Shown in pieces: positions 38,573 through 46,839 of a stretch of DNA of 58,977 nt. Origin of the DNA: a virus (taxonomy: Duplodnaviria; Heunggongvirae; Uroviricota; Caudoviricetes); the IMG/VR virus record IMGVR_UViG_3300025413_000008; one strand, given 5' to 3'. The notes beneath the pieces were generated by a model, which had not been told where the DNA came from, ran no database searches, and worked only from the letters and a program-made list of their open reading frames with translations. The translations under genes and the position numbers were made by a program. Positions within the stretch are counted from its first letter, which is position 1. Each line of letters opens with the position of its first letter.

Positions 38573-38807
38573 GCTTCTTCCTTATAGACTTAGAAAATCT
38601 TGTCTGGTCTTTGCCTCTAATTGAACTAAGCAATTTTTTTTCAAGCAACTCTGCCTTTTCCGGAGAATAATTTTTTTGCATCAACTCAATCAGATTGATT
38701 GCGCTGGCAATAATATTAGAAGCACGGGATTCAATGATATGGTTAATATCACGAGTTTCCCCATACGATTGTAATTCTTCAAGAAGGCTTTTTGTTTTTT
38801 TCTGCAT
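38559..38807 (-). CDS. Hypothetical late protein
   Basis: 82 aa, CTAAATA at 38830-38836. Confidence 0.65.
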   Translation of the reverse strand: MQKKTKSLLEELQSYGETRDINHIIESRASNIIASAINLIELMQKNYSPEKAELLEKKLLSSIRGKDQTRFSKSIRKKHEDK

Positions 38808-38844
38808 AATTGTAAAGACCCCGTAATTGTATTTAGTCTAAAGG

Positions 38845-40263
38845 TTAGGATTTCTTAAGTGAATTGAGCATAGCCTTCAGTTTTGAACCTTGTGCATCGC
38901 CAATAACTCTACTACCAGATTCCTCAATCTGATTTTGAACTATTTGATTAGTGGAGCCTATTTGACTTGTTGTTTTAATTTGTTTCATAATCTGACTTGC
39001 ATTCTGCTGTGGCTTATCATCTGTATCGGGGTCTTCATCTGTTATTCTCATAGTTTCAATGTTATATTCTAAGTCAATCTTTTGACCTACACCAGTAGAA
39101 CTACGAGACTTCATACACTGAATTTGATATTTGCCACGTTCACGCATGCTTCTGCTTGTGAAAATACCAAACACATAGTCTGCTGTATTGATCTTAGAGA
39201 TACCACCAGCGATGTGGCTATGGTCAAATTCAATTTCTTCAACGGCACTACGGTTTAACTGTGACGCAGTTACCATTAGAATGCCCAACTCTTTTGCAAG
39301 ATTACGCAGTTCTTCTGATACATATTTGTCTTTGATAAACTGATCATTTGGATTGACTTTTACAGATACGGGCATAACCAAGTCAAGATAATCAATCATC
39401 ACAAAGTCAACTTTAATTCCCGTCTGAATTTGAACTTCTTTCAAATAAGAACGAATATCATTGACATTACTTTGTGCTGGCAATCCCTTAACGCGGTATT
39501 GTCCAGACTTTTTGGATACCATTTTCACCTTGAGTTCCGCAGTATCCATGTCCTTGCGAATTTCTTTAGTGCTCATGCTTGTAAGCATTGCATCGGTGCG
39601 GAGGGAAGTTAGTTCTTCCGAAAGTTCAAGAGTTATGTATACGCCGCTAAGACCCATGCTGAGCCAGTTTAATGCCATGTTCATCATGACAAGTGACTTA
39701 CCTGATCCAGAACCGCCCGCAAAAATATTTAATTCTCCGCGAGACATTCCTCCATACATGACACGATCAAGTTGTGGCCACCCAGTGCTTACTTGTCCAC
39801 CTGCATTAAAATATTTGTTAAGGCGTCCTTTAGGGTCAGCAAAATAATCTGTGCCCATATCTTTCTGTAGTGATATTTGGACCGCATCTTTAACCAATTT
39901 TTCTACTGGATTGAAATCTCCCTTTTCCAACAAATCTGCTGCCTTGAGAATGGCTCGTTCAAGTTCCTTGCGTTTGGTGAATGATTCAAATTCCTCAAGA
40001 AACCAATCATAGTGACCATCATCTAAACCGTCAATGGGGAGAATTTCTTTACCAGTAACGGCTTTTATTTGAATAGGATCGGGCATAACTGAATATTGCC
40101 CCGCATGGGTTACTATGAACTTAATCACAGGTCTAAGCGTTCTGCTAAAATTTTCGACATTTAAAATGTTTATAACTCTAGTATAAAGATTAGGATTCGT
40201 AATCATCATCCTAATGAACAATTCCTGTATCTCATCATTGAATTCTTGTATATGTGCTGTCAT
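38845..40263 (-). CDS. gp41: Replicative DNA helicase (DnaB/T4 gp41-like)
   Basis: STGWPQLD...GG, Walker A GGSGSGKS, ITLELSE, MIDYLDL, LRNLAKE, TASQLNR, KINTADYV, MKSR. ATG at 40263 follows the promoter at 40270-40298. Confidence 0.93.
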   Translation of the reverse strand: MTAHIQEFNDEIQELFIRMMITNPNLYTRVINILNVENFSRTLRPVIKFIVTHAGQYSVMPDPIQIKAVTGKEILPIDGLDDGHYDWFLEEFESFTKRKELERAILKAADLLEKGDFNPVEKLVKDAVQISLQKDMGTDYFADPKGRLNKYFNAGGQVSTGWPQLDRVMYGGMSRGELNIFAGGSGSGKSLVMMNMALNWLSMGLSGVYITLELSEELTSLRTDAMLTSMSTKEIRKDMDTAELKVKMVSKKSGQYRVKGLPAQSNVNDIRSYLKEVQIQTGIKVDFVMIDYLDLVMPVSVKVNPNDQFIKDKYVSEELRNLAKELGILMVTASQLNRSAVEEIEFDHSHIAGGISKINTADYVFGIFTSRSMRERGKYQIQCMKSRSSTGVGQKIDLEYNIETMRITDEDPDTDDKPQQNASQIMKQIKTTSQIGSTNQIVQNQIEESGSRVIGDAQGSKLKAMLNSLKKS

Positions 40264-40269
40264 CTTTTT

Positions 40270-40298
40270 ACTATACCATAATATATCTATAGCATCAA
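40270..40298 (-). promoter_or_regulatory. Sigma70-like promoter of helicase (leaderless)
   Basis: TTGATG-N17-TATAGT with extended TG; ATG 6 nt downstream. Confidence 0.65.
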
Positions 40299-40356
40299 CT
40301 ATTTTGTTAATTATCATTGCACAATGAGGATAAAATCATTATATTATGATATGAAG

Positions 40357-40427
40357 ATAAATAAAGGTGTGTAGTTCACGGGACTCCCAATCCCCAACTA
40401 CTCTAACGCTTAAGAGGAGCAATCAGC
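40357..40427 (+). promoter_or_regulatory. Late promoter and structured leader of endonuclease gene
   Basis: ATAAATA at 40357-40363, stem GTAGTT/AACTAC enclosing GGGA/TCCC, RBS GAGGAG at 40414-40419. Confidence 0.6.
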
Positions 40428-41096
40428 ATGACTATTTATTACGTATACGCATATCTGCGAAAATCCGACAACACACCATATTACATTGGTAAGGGCAGTG
40501 GTAACAGGGCATTTAGAAAACACCGTGGGTTAACTGTTCCAAAAGACAAGTCTAAAATAGTAATATTAAAGTCTGGTCTCACCGAACTGTGGGCATTAGC
40601 AATGGAACGTTGGTATATTCGTTGGTATGGTCGTAAGGACAACAACACCGGTATATTACGCAATAAAACGGATGGTGGCGATGGGGCTACGAATGTGTCT
40701 GACGAGACAAAAGCAAAAATTGGTAAAAATAGCAGCTTGGCATTATCTGGTAGAGTTAGACCTGACCTAAGCATTGCGTTAAAGGGTAACCAATGTGCAA
40801 AGGGTGCAGTAAGGACTGATGAACAGAAAGAGAATGCCCGAATCTGGAAGACCGGAAGATCAAATACTAAAATACAGAATGATCGCATAAGACAGACATT
40901 AACTGGCGTAAAACATACCGAAGAGCGTTCATTAAAAAAATCAGCATCCACAAAAGGAAGAAAGAGTCCTCTAAAAGGCGTTCCTCAAACAAAAGTAACG
41001 TGCCCGCATTGCAATAAAATTGGCGGGATGTCCAGAATGAAGGGTATACACTTTGATAAGTGTAAACTAAACCCTATCAATCTCGTTGTAGCTTAA
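40428..41096 (+). mobile_element. Free-standing GIY-YIG-type homing endonuclease with NUMOD3-like repeats
   Basis: YYVYAYLR...PYYIGKG...[24 protein letters not shown] / HTEE...KKS repeats and C-terminal CPHC. Antisense to the flanking replication genes. Confidence 0.85.
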
Positions 41097-41194
41097 TAAG
41101 AATGATGGTTATTGACGGTCAGTGTTCTTGGGGCATCAGTGACCATCATTCTAAGAAACAAGGTCTGTATATCTAAATTAAATTCTGTTATCAA
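41093..41194 (-). pseudogene. Orphaned original 5' end of the helicase gene
   Basis: TTG-started frame overlapping the primase end: MITEFNLDIQTLFLRMMVTDA then unrelated PRTLTVNNHHSY*. 12/20 identical to helicase IQEFNDEIQELFIRMMITNP. Confidence 0.75.
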
Positions 41195-42152
41195 TTCTTC
41201 TTCTCGCCATCTGAATCTTAATCTTACTGTTCGTTGCTGATTGCATTATACTTAGTAGAGTTGGTAGTCTTCCATATTTTACTATGGCATCATTTACATC
41301 TTTTATGTCATCACCCCAGTTTGGAATGCTTACTTTGAATCCAAGTTCTAATGCAGGATCACAAATTTCAAGACCAGACTTATCCTGATCTGGAACGACA
41401 ATGATCGTTCTGTTCAAATTTCGCAATATATCAACTTGCGTTTCGTTTATGGTATTTGATGTTAATGCACATCCGTTTATACTCAATGCATCAAATATGC
41501 CTTCAACAACAATACAGTATTGCCATTCTGGTTTTTGAAAATCATAACCAAACAAATACCCGACCTGTTGTTCTTTAATGAACTTTGGTGTGCGGTTATC
41601 CAAATACCGACTGGTATGTCCTACAATTTTGTTATTAAATGTGTATGGTATAATAATGCGATTACTATTTCTTCCTTCTTCATCCGGAGTTACCCTGAAC
41701 GGATAATCTTTGTAATTTATATTTCTACTTTCTAAATAATCAATGAACACTTGATGCTTAGGATTGTTACTATCAATTAATTCTGATTTTGGAAGAGCGA
41801 CTTCATCAAACTTTATCTTCTTTTTCTTCTTGACAGTGCTATATAGTTCTACTAGATTCTTTTGCTTTAAACTGTCAAAATTCCACTCATTGATTTGTGA
41901 GTCATCTATTCCAATCCAATGCAGCAGCATTTTTGTGTTACCGCTGAATTGTCTACCCAAAACAAAGCCGCATTTAAATCCGCAATTAAAGCAGTGATAT
42001 GACCAGTTGGTTCCCTCACTAAACTTTATTCCGCCGCGCATACGTTTATCAGGCTTATGCCCCCGATGATGGCAGCAGGGTGCATTCACACTTGTCCATC
42101 CACTTGATGTGTGCTTTTTTCTTCCCGGCAGTAGAGATAGAATGTCAAACAT
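41178..42152 (-). CDS. gp61: DNA primase (T4 gp61-like, Zn-ribbon + TOPRIM)
   Basis: APCC...YHCFNCG, YLESR, RIIIPY, GHTSR, IVVEGIFDALS, VPDQDKSG, KDVNDA. Confidence 0.9.
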   Translation of the reverse strand: MFDILSLLPGRKKHTSSGWTSVNAPCCHHRGHKPDKRMRGGIKFSEGTNWSYHCFNCGFKCGFVLGRQFSGNTKMLLHWIGIDDSQINEWNFDSLKQKNLVELYSTVKKKKKIKFDEVALPKSELIDSNNPKHQVFIDYLESRNINYKDYPFRVTPDEEGRNSNRIIIPYTFNNKIVGHTSRYLDNRTPKFIKEQQVGYLFGYDFQKPEWQYCIVVEGIFDALSINGCALTSNTINETQVDILRNLNRTIIVVPDQDKSGLEICDPALELGFKVSIPNWGDDIKDVNDAIVKYGRLPTLLSIMQSATNSKIKIQMARRRIDNRI

Positions 42153-42200
42153 AATCTATATTATAACAGACTTGACAGAAAAATCAAGTATTATGGTAAC

Positions 42201-42986
42201 TTAGCGAGATAGAATGTTTGTTACGGCACCAGCATTGCTGGTAAATGCCATGCGTATATATGGATGATATCCGTTAACCACATAACCATAAGTATCTGTT
42301 ACGTTAGAATATGAAACATTGGAAATTGGATACCAATCGGTATCTACCTGACACGATCCTTCAATCAGAACAGAGCCAACATATTGATCATAAGTCGCCT
42401 GTAGTGTCAAGACTGGATTGTTATCAGTGCTGATAACACTGGTATAATAGGTATTAGCATTTGGATATTGATAATCTGGTGAAAGGTTTGCGTTATTCAG
42501 ATTCGGAAATGCCTGTCCAGTCGGAATAGTCACTTGACTGGACGGGACAAACGCCGGAAGCACAGAATTAACTATATTAATATCTCCTCGTGCACCGCCA
42601 TTTTGGTCCACAAATACAGGATAGTTTAAATTGCCGACTGGAATCTCAAGTGAGTAGTAACACTTTTGTGCATCAATGTCTGCCAGATCAGCGGCACCAA
42701 GGTCCAATGTTGCTATTCCTGTTAGGGGTAATTTTAGGTTTAATGTAGCTGCCAGCAGAATTGCATTGCCATCATAACTAAGTATTCTGCACGTGATAGA
42801 TAAACCAGTAATGTCAATTGGCTTTTGTTCCTGATTAAGGAACTGGAATTGAATTTGATTGTCAACCCCTTTATTGAGGGTTAATGGTTTACTATATTGT
42901 GGCATATATATCCTCGGTGAAAAACCTGACTGGAGAATAACAATCTGCCGCTGAATGTATACAAAAACTGAGGTGGCATATGACAT
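42201..42986 (-). CDS. Hypothetical late (probably structural) protein
   Basis: 261 aa, KGVDNQIQFQFLNQEQKP. Late promoter at 43013. Confidence 0.65.
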   Translation of the reverse strand: MSYATSVFVYIQRQIVILQSGFSPRIYMPQYSKPLTLNKGVDNQIQFQFLNQEQKPIDITGLSITCRILSYDGNAILLAATLNLKLPLTGIATLDLGAADLADIDAQKCYYSLEIPVGNLNYPVFVDQNGGARGDINIVNSVLPAFVPSSQVTIPTGQAFPNLNNANLSPDYQYPNANTYYTSVISTDNNPVLTLQATYDQYVGSVLIEGSCQVDTDWYPISNVSYSNVTDTYGYVVNGYHPYIRMAFTSNAGAVTNILSR

Positions 42987-43012
42987 GTTAAATTGTTACC
43001 CTTTCCATCTTG

Positions 43013-43064
43013 TATTTAGTCTTGTATATATGAAAATATTAAGTTTTAATCACAAGACTAAATA
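43013..43064. promoter_or_regulatory. Divergent late promoters in a perfect 13-bp inverted repeat
   Basis: TATTTAGTCTTGT-N26-ACAAGACTAAATA. Confidence 0.7.
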
Positions 43065-43072
43065 TAAAAAGT

Positions 43073-43453
43073 ATGGATAATAATGATTTTTTTAACAAAC
43101 TGACGCTGAATCACCCGTTTATTACGGTCTGTGCCTACGCAAGTCAAGATTACGTGGGCATAATTCAGAACAGAGATGACATGGTTACTACCATATATGA
43201 TTATGGATCAATAGTGCAATCTGAATTGAGAGAAAGATTTTTAGAATTAGGGGAAATATGGTGGTGGGAATCAAATAGAACTATTCCCATTAATATTTTT
43301 TTGAAAAAGGATTGGGATGTTTTTAAACCATACTTAAAGACATTTAATAATAAAAGCTTGGTCATACTTCATGGACCGGTAGTAAGCATCACCGATTTCT
43401 TGAAAAAACGATCAAAGAGACGTTCAATTACTATGGTTAAACGTCTTCCTTAA
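43073..43453 (+). CDS. Hypothetical protein
   Basis: 126 aa, YVGIIQN...WWWESNRTIPINIFLK. Confidence 0.7.
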   Translation: MDNNDFFNKLTLNHPFITVCAYASQDYVGIIQNRDDMVTTIYDYGSIVQSELRERFLELGEIWWWESNRTIPINIFLKKDWDVFKPYLKTFNNKSLVILHGPVVSITDFLKKRSKRRSITMVKRLP

Positions 43454-43658
43454 TTGACCAGTTTGGCATTCGCGAATGCTTCAGTTTGTCAAAATGATCT
43501 TCAATTTTTCTGAGTTCCGACAGCCTATCAATAGTCCACTGAATAATTACTGGTCGCATGTCACCACACGCCATATCAACCATGGCTTCTTCTCTCATGC
43601 GGACAAGAGTTTCAGTTGCTTCGTCATACTGAACAGGGTATTGAATAATATTTCGCAT
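43437..43658 (-). CDS. Hypothetical protein
   Basis: 73 aa following def with AAGGA RBS. Confidence 0.55.
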   Translation of the reverse strand: MRNIIQYPVQYDEATETLVRMREEAMVDMACGDMRPVIIQWTIDRLSELRKIEDHFDKLKHSRMPNWSIKEDV

Positions 43659-43662
43659 ATTT

Positions 43663-44166
43663 TTATCCTTTTCTATTCATTTTCTTTAAATATTTTGTGC
43701 GTTTTTCTTTGGCCAGTTTCACATTCATGTCACTGGCTCGCTCATCAAACGTAATACCCAACAGATGATCTAATTCATGAAGGAATACACGGGCTTCAAT
43801 GCCTGTCAATTGACGTTCAATTACCTCTCCGGAAGTGGATTGATATTGCACTGTGCATGATGCTGGTCGCTTTACCTTGAGCCACAATTCCGGAAAACTT
43901 AGACAACCTTCAATTTCAACAATGGGGTCATCATCGGGAAAAGATACAATCTGTGGATTAATACACACGACCATCTTGGTAAAGTTTCCCATAATAAATA
44001 TACTCTTGCTGATACCAACCTGAGGGGCGGCGAGACCTACTCCGCCGTTTTCGGTTAGAATTCTAACCATATCTTTTACCAACTCAGTAGGATCACCATC
44101 AGTTTCAAAATCCCATGCAGTGGCTTCTGCATGAAGTTTTGGATCATTTTCTTTAAGTAGTTCCAT
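43663..44166 (-). CDS. def: Peptide deformylase
   Basis: All three motifs present: GVGLAAPQVG, EGCLS, HELDH. Confidence 0.95.
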   Translation of the reverse strand: MELLKENDPKLHAEATAWDFETDGDPTELVKDMVRILTENGGVGLAAPQVGISKSIFIMGNFTKMVVCINPQIVSFPDDDPIVEIEGCLSFPELWLKVKRPASCTVQYQSTSGEVIERQLTGIEARVFLHELDHLLGITFDERASDMNVKLAKEKRTKYLKKMNRKG

Positions 44167-44175
44167 CAATAATCC

Positions 44176-44352
44176 TTAATCATTTCTTAGAGTGTGCCAA
44201 ATAATGTCACCCTCATTAACCCAAACGAGAATATTATCGCCTTGTTGAAAAAGTTCAGCACTTAATCCTTGACGCATTTCACCAAACGTAGTCTTTTCAC
44301 CATTCGGTATTTTTGCACGTTCCCATCTGATTGAAGGCTGATTCTTAATCAT
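44176..44352 (-). CDS. Small hypothetical protein (58 aa)
   Basis: Hand-translated MIKNQPSIRWERAKIP...WHTLRND; fills the operon gap. Confidence 0.5.
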   Translation of the reverse strand: MIKNQPSIRWERAKIPNGEKTTFGEMRQGLSAELFQQGDNILVWVNEGDIIWHTLRND

Positions 44353-44680
44353 CTCCGCGCTCCCTCAACTTCCGTTTTAGGGATTCATTTTCGCGTTTGA
44401 TTTTGGAAATCTTTTCATGAGACCAACTGAGTTCTTCATAGTTGTCTATAATGGACGTAATCTCATCGCGATTGATTTCGCGCAACTCATCGCCTTCCGG
44501 TGTAACGAAAAGCGTGTTAACGTCCCAGTCAAATCCGAGATAAACATGTTTTACTGGAACGCTTCCAGCAGGACCCATTTGTCCAACGCGAAATACAGGA
44601 ATGACAACCTGCACTTCTTCTGGATGCCGATGACGAGATACAATATTATCAATCATTGTCTTAAGTTCAATCAGATTCAT
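44345..44680 (-). CDS. Hypothetical protein
   Basis: 111 aa, overlapping its neighbours in the operon. Confidence 0.6.
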   Translation of the reverse strand: MNLIELKTMIDNIVSRHRHPEEVQVVIPVFRVGQMGPAGSVPVKHVYLGFDWDVNTLFVTPEGDELREINRDEITSIIDNYEELSWSHEKISKIKRENESLKRKLRERGDD

Positions 44681-45254
44681 TAATACTTCCTTCCGATATC
44701 AGATTCATATGGACCACAACGAGTTGCGCATAAGATATTGCGTGGCTACGTTTAAACTGATAGCCGTTATCATCTTTCTCCCAAACTGCTTGACTAATCT
44801 CTTTCCAAGACTTGCCAAGTAGATGTCGCTTTGCGGGGCGAATTGCTGCAAGAAACATAGCAAGACGAGGAATAGAGTCAATCGGCTCGGGCATTCTCTG
44901 AATGAAGTCGTAACTATTGTTGAGGTGAATTAATTGTTCAACAAACTCACGATTTTTTAGATTTGACCAATTAGGTTCACGCATCAATTCAATGATATGT
45001 TCTTCATTCTTCACATAGTTATACACGTGAACGTTAAGCAAGTCGAGCTTAAAATAACCGCGTTTGTCTGCTTCTTTGTAATCAACAGCAGCCATATCAT
45101 GAACAGGATCGTAAGGTATTTCGGTGATATAGACACCGCTGTTGTGTTTGCGGATAGGATTTACTTTTCGCATACCAGCAGGGATATGTTTTATAAGTGA
45201 CAAGATTTTGTCACGATCACCCAAATCAATGTCAATATCACTATTAATATTCAT
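44667..45254 (-). CDS. Miniature DNA polymerase III alpha (family C) palm/fingers protein
   Basis: SDIDID, KHNSGV, FKLDLLN, AAIRPA and FKRSHAISYA occur in the order of the DnaE motifs PDxDxD, HAGGV, KxDxLGL, ALYRPG and FNKSHxxxY. Confidence 0.75.
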   Translation of the reverse strand: MNINSDIDIDLGDRDKILSLIKHIPAGMRKVNPIRKHNSGVYITEIPYDPVHDMAAVDYKEADKRGYFKLDLLNVHVYNYVKNEEHIIELMREPNWSNLKNREFVEQLIHLNNSYDFIQRMPEPIDSIPRLAMFLAAIRPAKRHLLGKSWKEISQAVWEKDDNGYQFKRSHAISYAQLVVVHMNLISEGSINESD

Positions 45255-45802
45255 GCGAGGTGCGTAAAACCAGCAGCGATCAGTTTCTGATAGGCTTTCT
45301 GAGCAATGAATGCCTGACGCTCGGCGTCTTCAACGGCGATATGACTGGTCACATACCCATCATCCTTAACATTTACATTGGCAATTTTATATAGAGTGCG
45401 GCAGTCTCGGACAACCCAGAATTGGTATGGTATGTTGATTCCCAGTTGTCTCCACGCAGACTCAGCAATAGATATGTCAAAGGTTGCTCCGTTTGACCAA
45501 ATACCATCAATGTTCCAGCAAAACTTTGCCAACTGTTCCATACAATCCTTAAATGGAATTCTTCCGTCTTCTCCCATTGCTCGTTCAATGGCTTCTGGTG
45601 ATTGCGTTTCCCACCACTTCAAAGTTGACTCACTGATAGTGCGTCCGTATACTTCCGATTGTTCATCAATCATTGGAAGCAATTGCAATCGCTCAGTAAC
45701 TCCGGTGCCGCTTGGATCAAATTTTACTGCACCAACAGATAGAATAACAGAGTCCGGTGTGGTATCTAAAGTTTCAAAATCAATCATAATCTCAATAGTC
45801 AT
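45251..45802 (-). CDS. DEDDh 3'-5' exonuclease
   Basis: IMIDFETL, ILSVGAVKF, WSNGATFD, RDCRT, HIAVEDA. Confidence 0.85.
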   Translation of the reverse strand: MTIEIMIDFETLDTTPDSVILSVGAVKFDPSGTGVTERLQLLPMIDEQSEVYGRTISESTLKWWETQSPEAIERAMGEDGRIPFKDCMEQLAKFCWNIDGIWSNGATFDISIAESAWRQLGINIPYQFWVVRDCRTLYKIANVNVKDDGYVTSHIAVEDAERQAFIAQKAYQKLIAAGFTHLA

Positions 45803-45808
45803 TACTTA

Positions 45809-46099
45809 TTATCTCCATTTTAATAAAAAATATGTATGTAGTTTTTCATCTACTATTTCATATTTGTCAGTTATGTTTCCACTAACGATATTCATTTTTA
45901 TACCGTAGTTTTTTTCAACATAGTCTTCAAACTCATAGGCATCAAACTGTCCTGCGAGCGCATCAAGCGTTTCCATATACTCTGCGCGAATTTTCTTTAA
46001 TATATCCCAATATTCCCAACGTTTCTTGCGAAAGTCAAGTTCTGGGTCTGATGGGTCTACATCAGCTAAGCTTTTTTTGGGAACCATTACCACAAACAT
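45809..46099 (-). CDS. Small FxLxW-motif protein
   Basis: Ends YEIVDEKLHTYFLLKWR. Confidence 0.65.
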   Translation of the reverse strand: MFVVMVPKKSLADVDPSDPELDFRKKRWEYWDILKKIRAEYMETLDALAGQFDAYEFEDYVEKNYGIKMNIVSGNITDKYEIVDEKLHTYFLLKWR

Positions 46100-46140
46100 T
46101 ATCCTTATCTTATAACAGCAATTACTGTAAATGTCAAGAA

Positions 46141-46407
46141 TTACTCACACAACTTCCAGTGAACATATGTTCTTTCATCTAAAATAATATGCCCGGATAT
46201 CTTATACCATCTTCCCAAATAAACAGGATCACTATAGTGTTCGTAGCACCATTTTTCCAATTCGGATGACCCTTTAACCAATCTGTCAGTGCCCCAGACC
46301 GGTATTCTGATGAACTGCACCTCTTCCCAATTGCCGTTTATTTGGATTTTCTTTTTTATTTTTTGTGTTTGGGGGATTTGGTCTGTGATAATTTGAACTA
46401 TCCCCAT
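46141..46407 (-). CDS. Small FxLxW-motif protein (variant)
   Basis: LEKWCYEH...ILDERTYVHWKLCE. Confidence 0.6.
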   Translation of the reverse strand: MGIVQIITDQIPQTQKIKKKIQINGNWEEVQFIRIPVWGTDRLVKGSSELEKWCYEHYSDPVYLGRWYKISGHIILDERTYVHWKLCE

Positions 46408-46631
46408 GTTAGATTGAACCATACGTAATCTTTCTGATATCTGAACTTGACATCCATCGTGTCTCCCTGATACACCCAGCGGCAGTGACGTTCATGCTTA
46501 TCAATGTGTTCCTTGAGCCAGTTTATCACTTCTGCATATTTCTTTATAGAGCCATGGATATTTACGGATACTTCATGCCAGCCGGGTTTAGTATTTTCCC
46601 ATCCACGACTTAAGTCATAGTGTTCTAACAT
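46398..46631 (-). CDS. Small FxLxW-motif protein
   Basis: VINWLKEHI...VKFRYQKDYVWFNLTWG. Confidence 0.65.
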   Translation of the reverse strand: MLEHYDLSRGWENTKPGWHEVSVNIHGSIKKYAEVINWLKEHIDKHERHCRWVYQGDTMDVKFRYQKDYVWFNLTWG

Positions 46632-46632
46632 G

Positions 46633-46839
46633 CTATTCCCATCTCAACAAGAATGCTATCAGGTCCGACTCAGTTTTAAACTCTAAGATCATACCCTCCC
46701 GTATCCATCCCGGAGTGCATGCATCTGCCCATTCTTCAATCTCGTTACTTTTTTCAACATAATATCTCCAATCAACGATAGTCAATAATGGAAGTTTAAA
46801 ATAATCTATTTGCGAGAACTTCATAACCAAGAACTTCAT
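46633..46839 (-). CDS. Small FxLxW-motif protein
   Basis: IEEWADAC...LEFKTESDLIAFLLRWE; ATGA overlap. Confidence 0.65.
   Translation of the reverse strand: MKFLVMKFSQIDYFKLPLLTIVDWRYYVEKSNEIEEWADACTPGWIREGMILEFKTESDLIAFLLRWE

Noticed and set aside
40264-40317. Track start of helicase at 40317 (MIINKIVDA...)
   Set aside because: The extension overlaps a clear promoter; ATG 40263 matches the 6-nt leaderless spacing and aligns with the remnant N-terminus.
40264-41134. Group I intron or intein interrupting the helicase
   Set aside because: The endonuclease is antisense, I could not recognise group I core elements, and the N-terminus is duplicated rather than split into complementary exons.
44667-45254. 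Frameshifted or decayed dnaE pseudogene
   Set aside because: Flanking ORFs show no PHP, OB or other DnaE parts, and motifs are retained across internal deletions in one clean frame with coupled start and stop.
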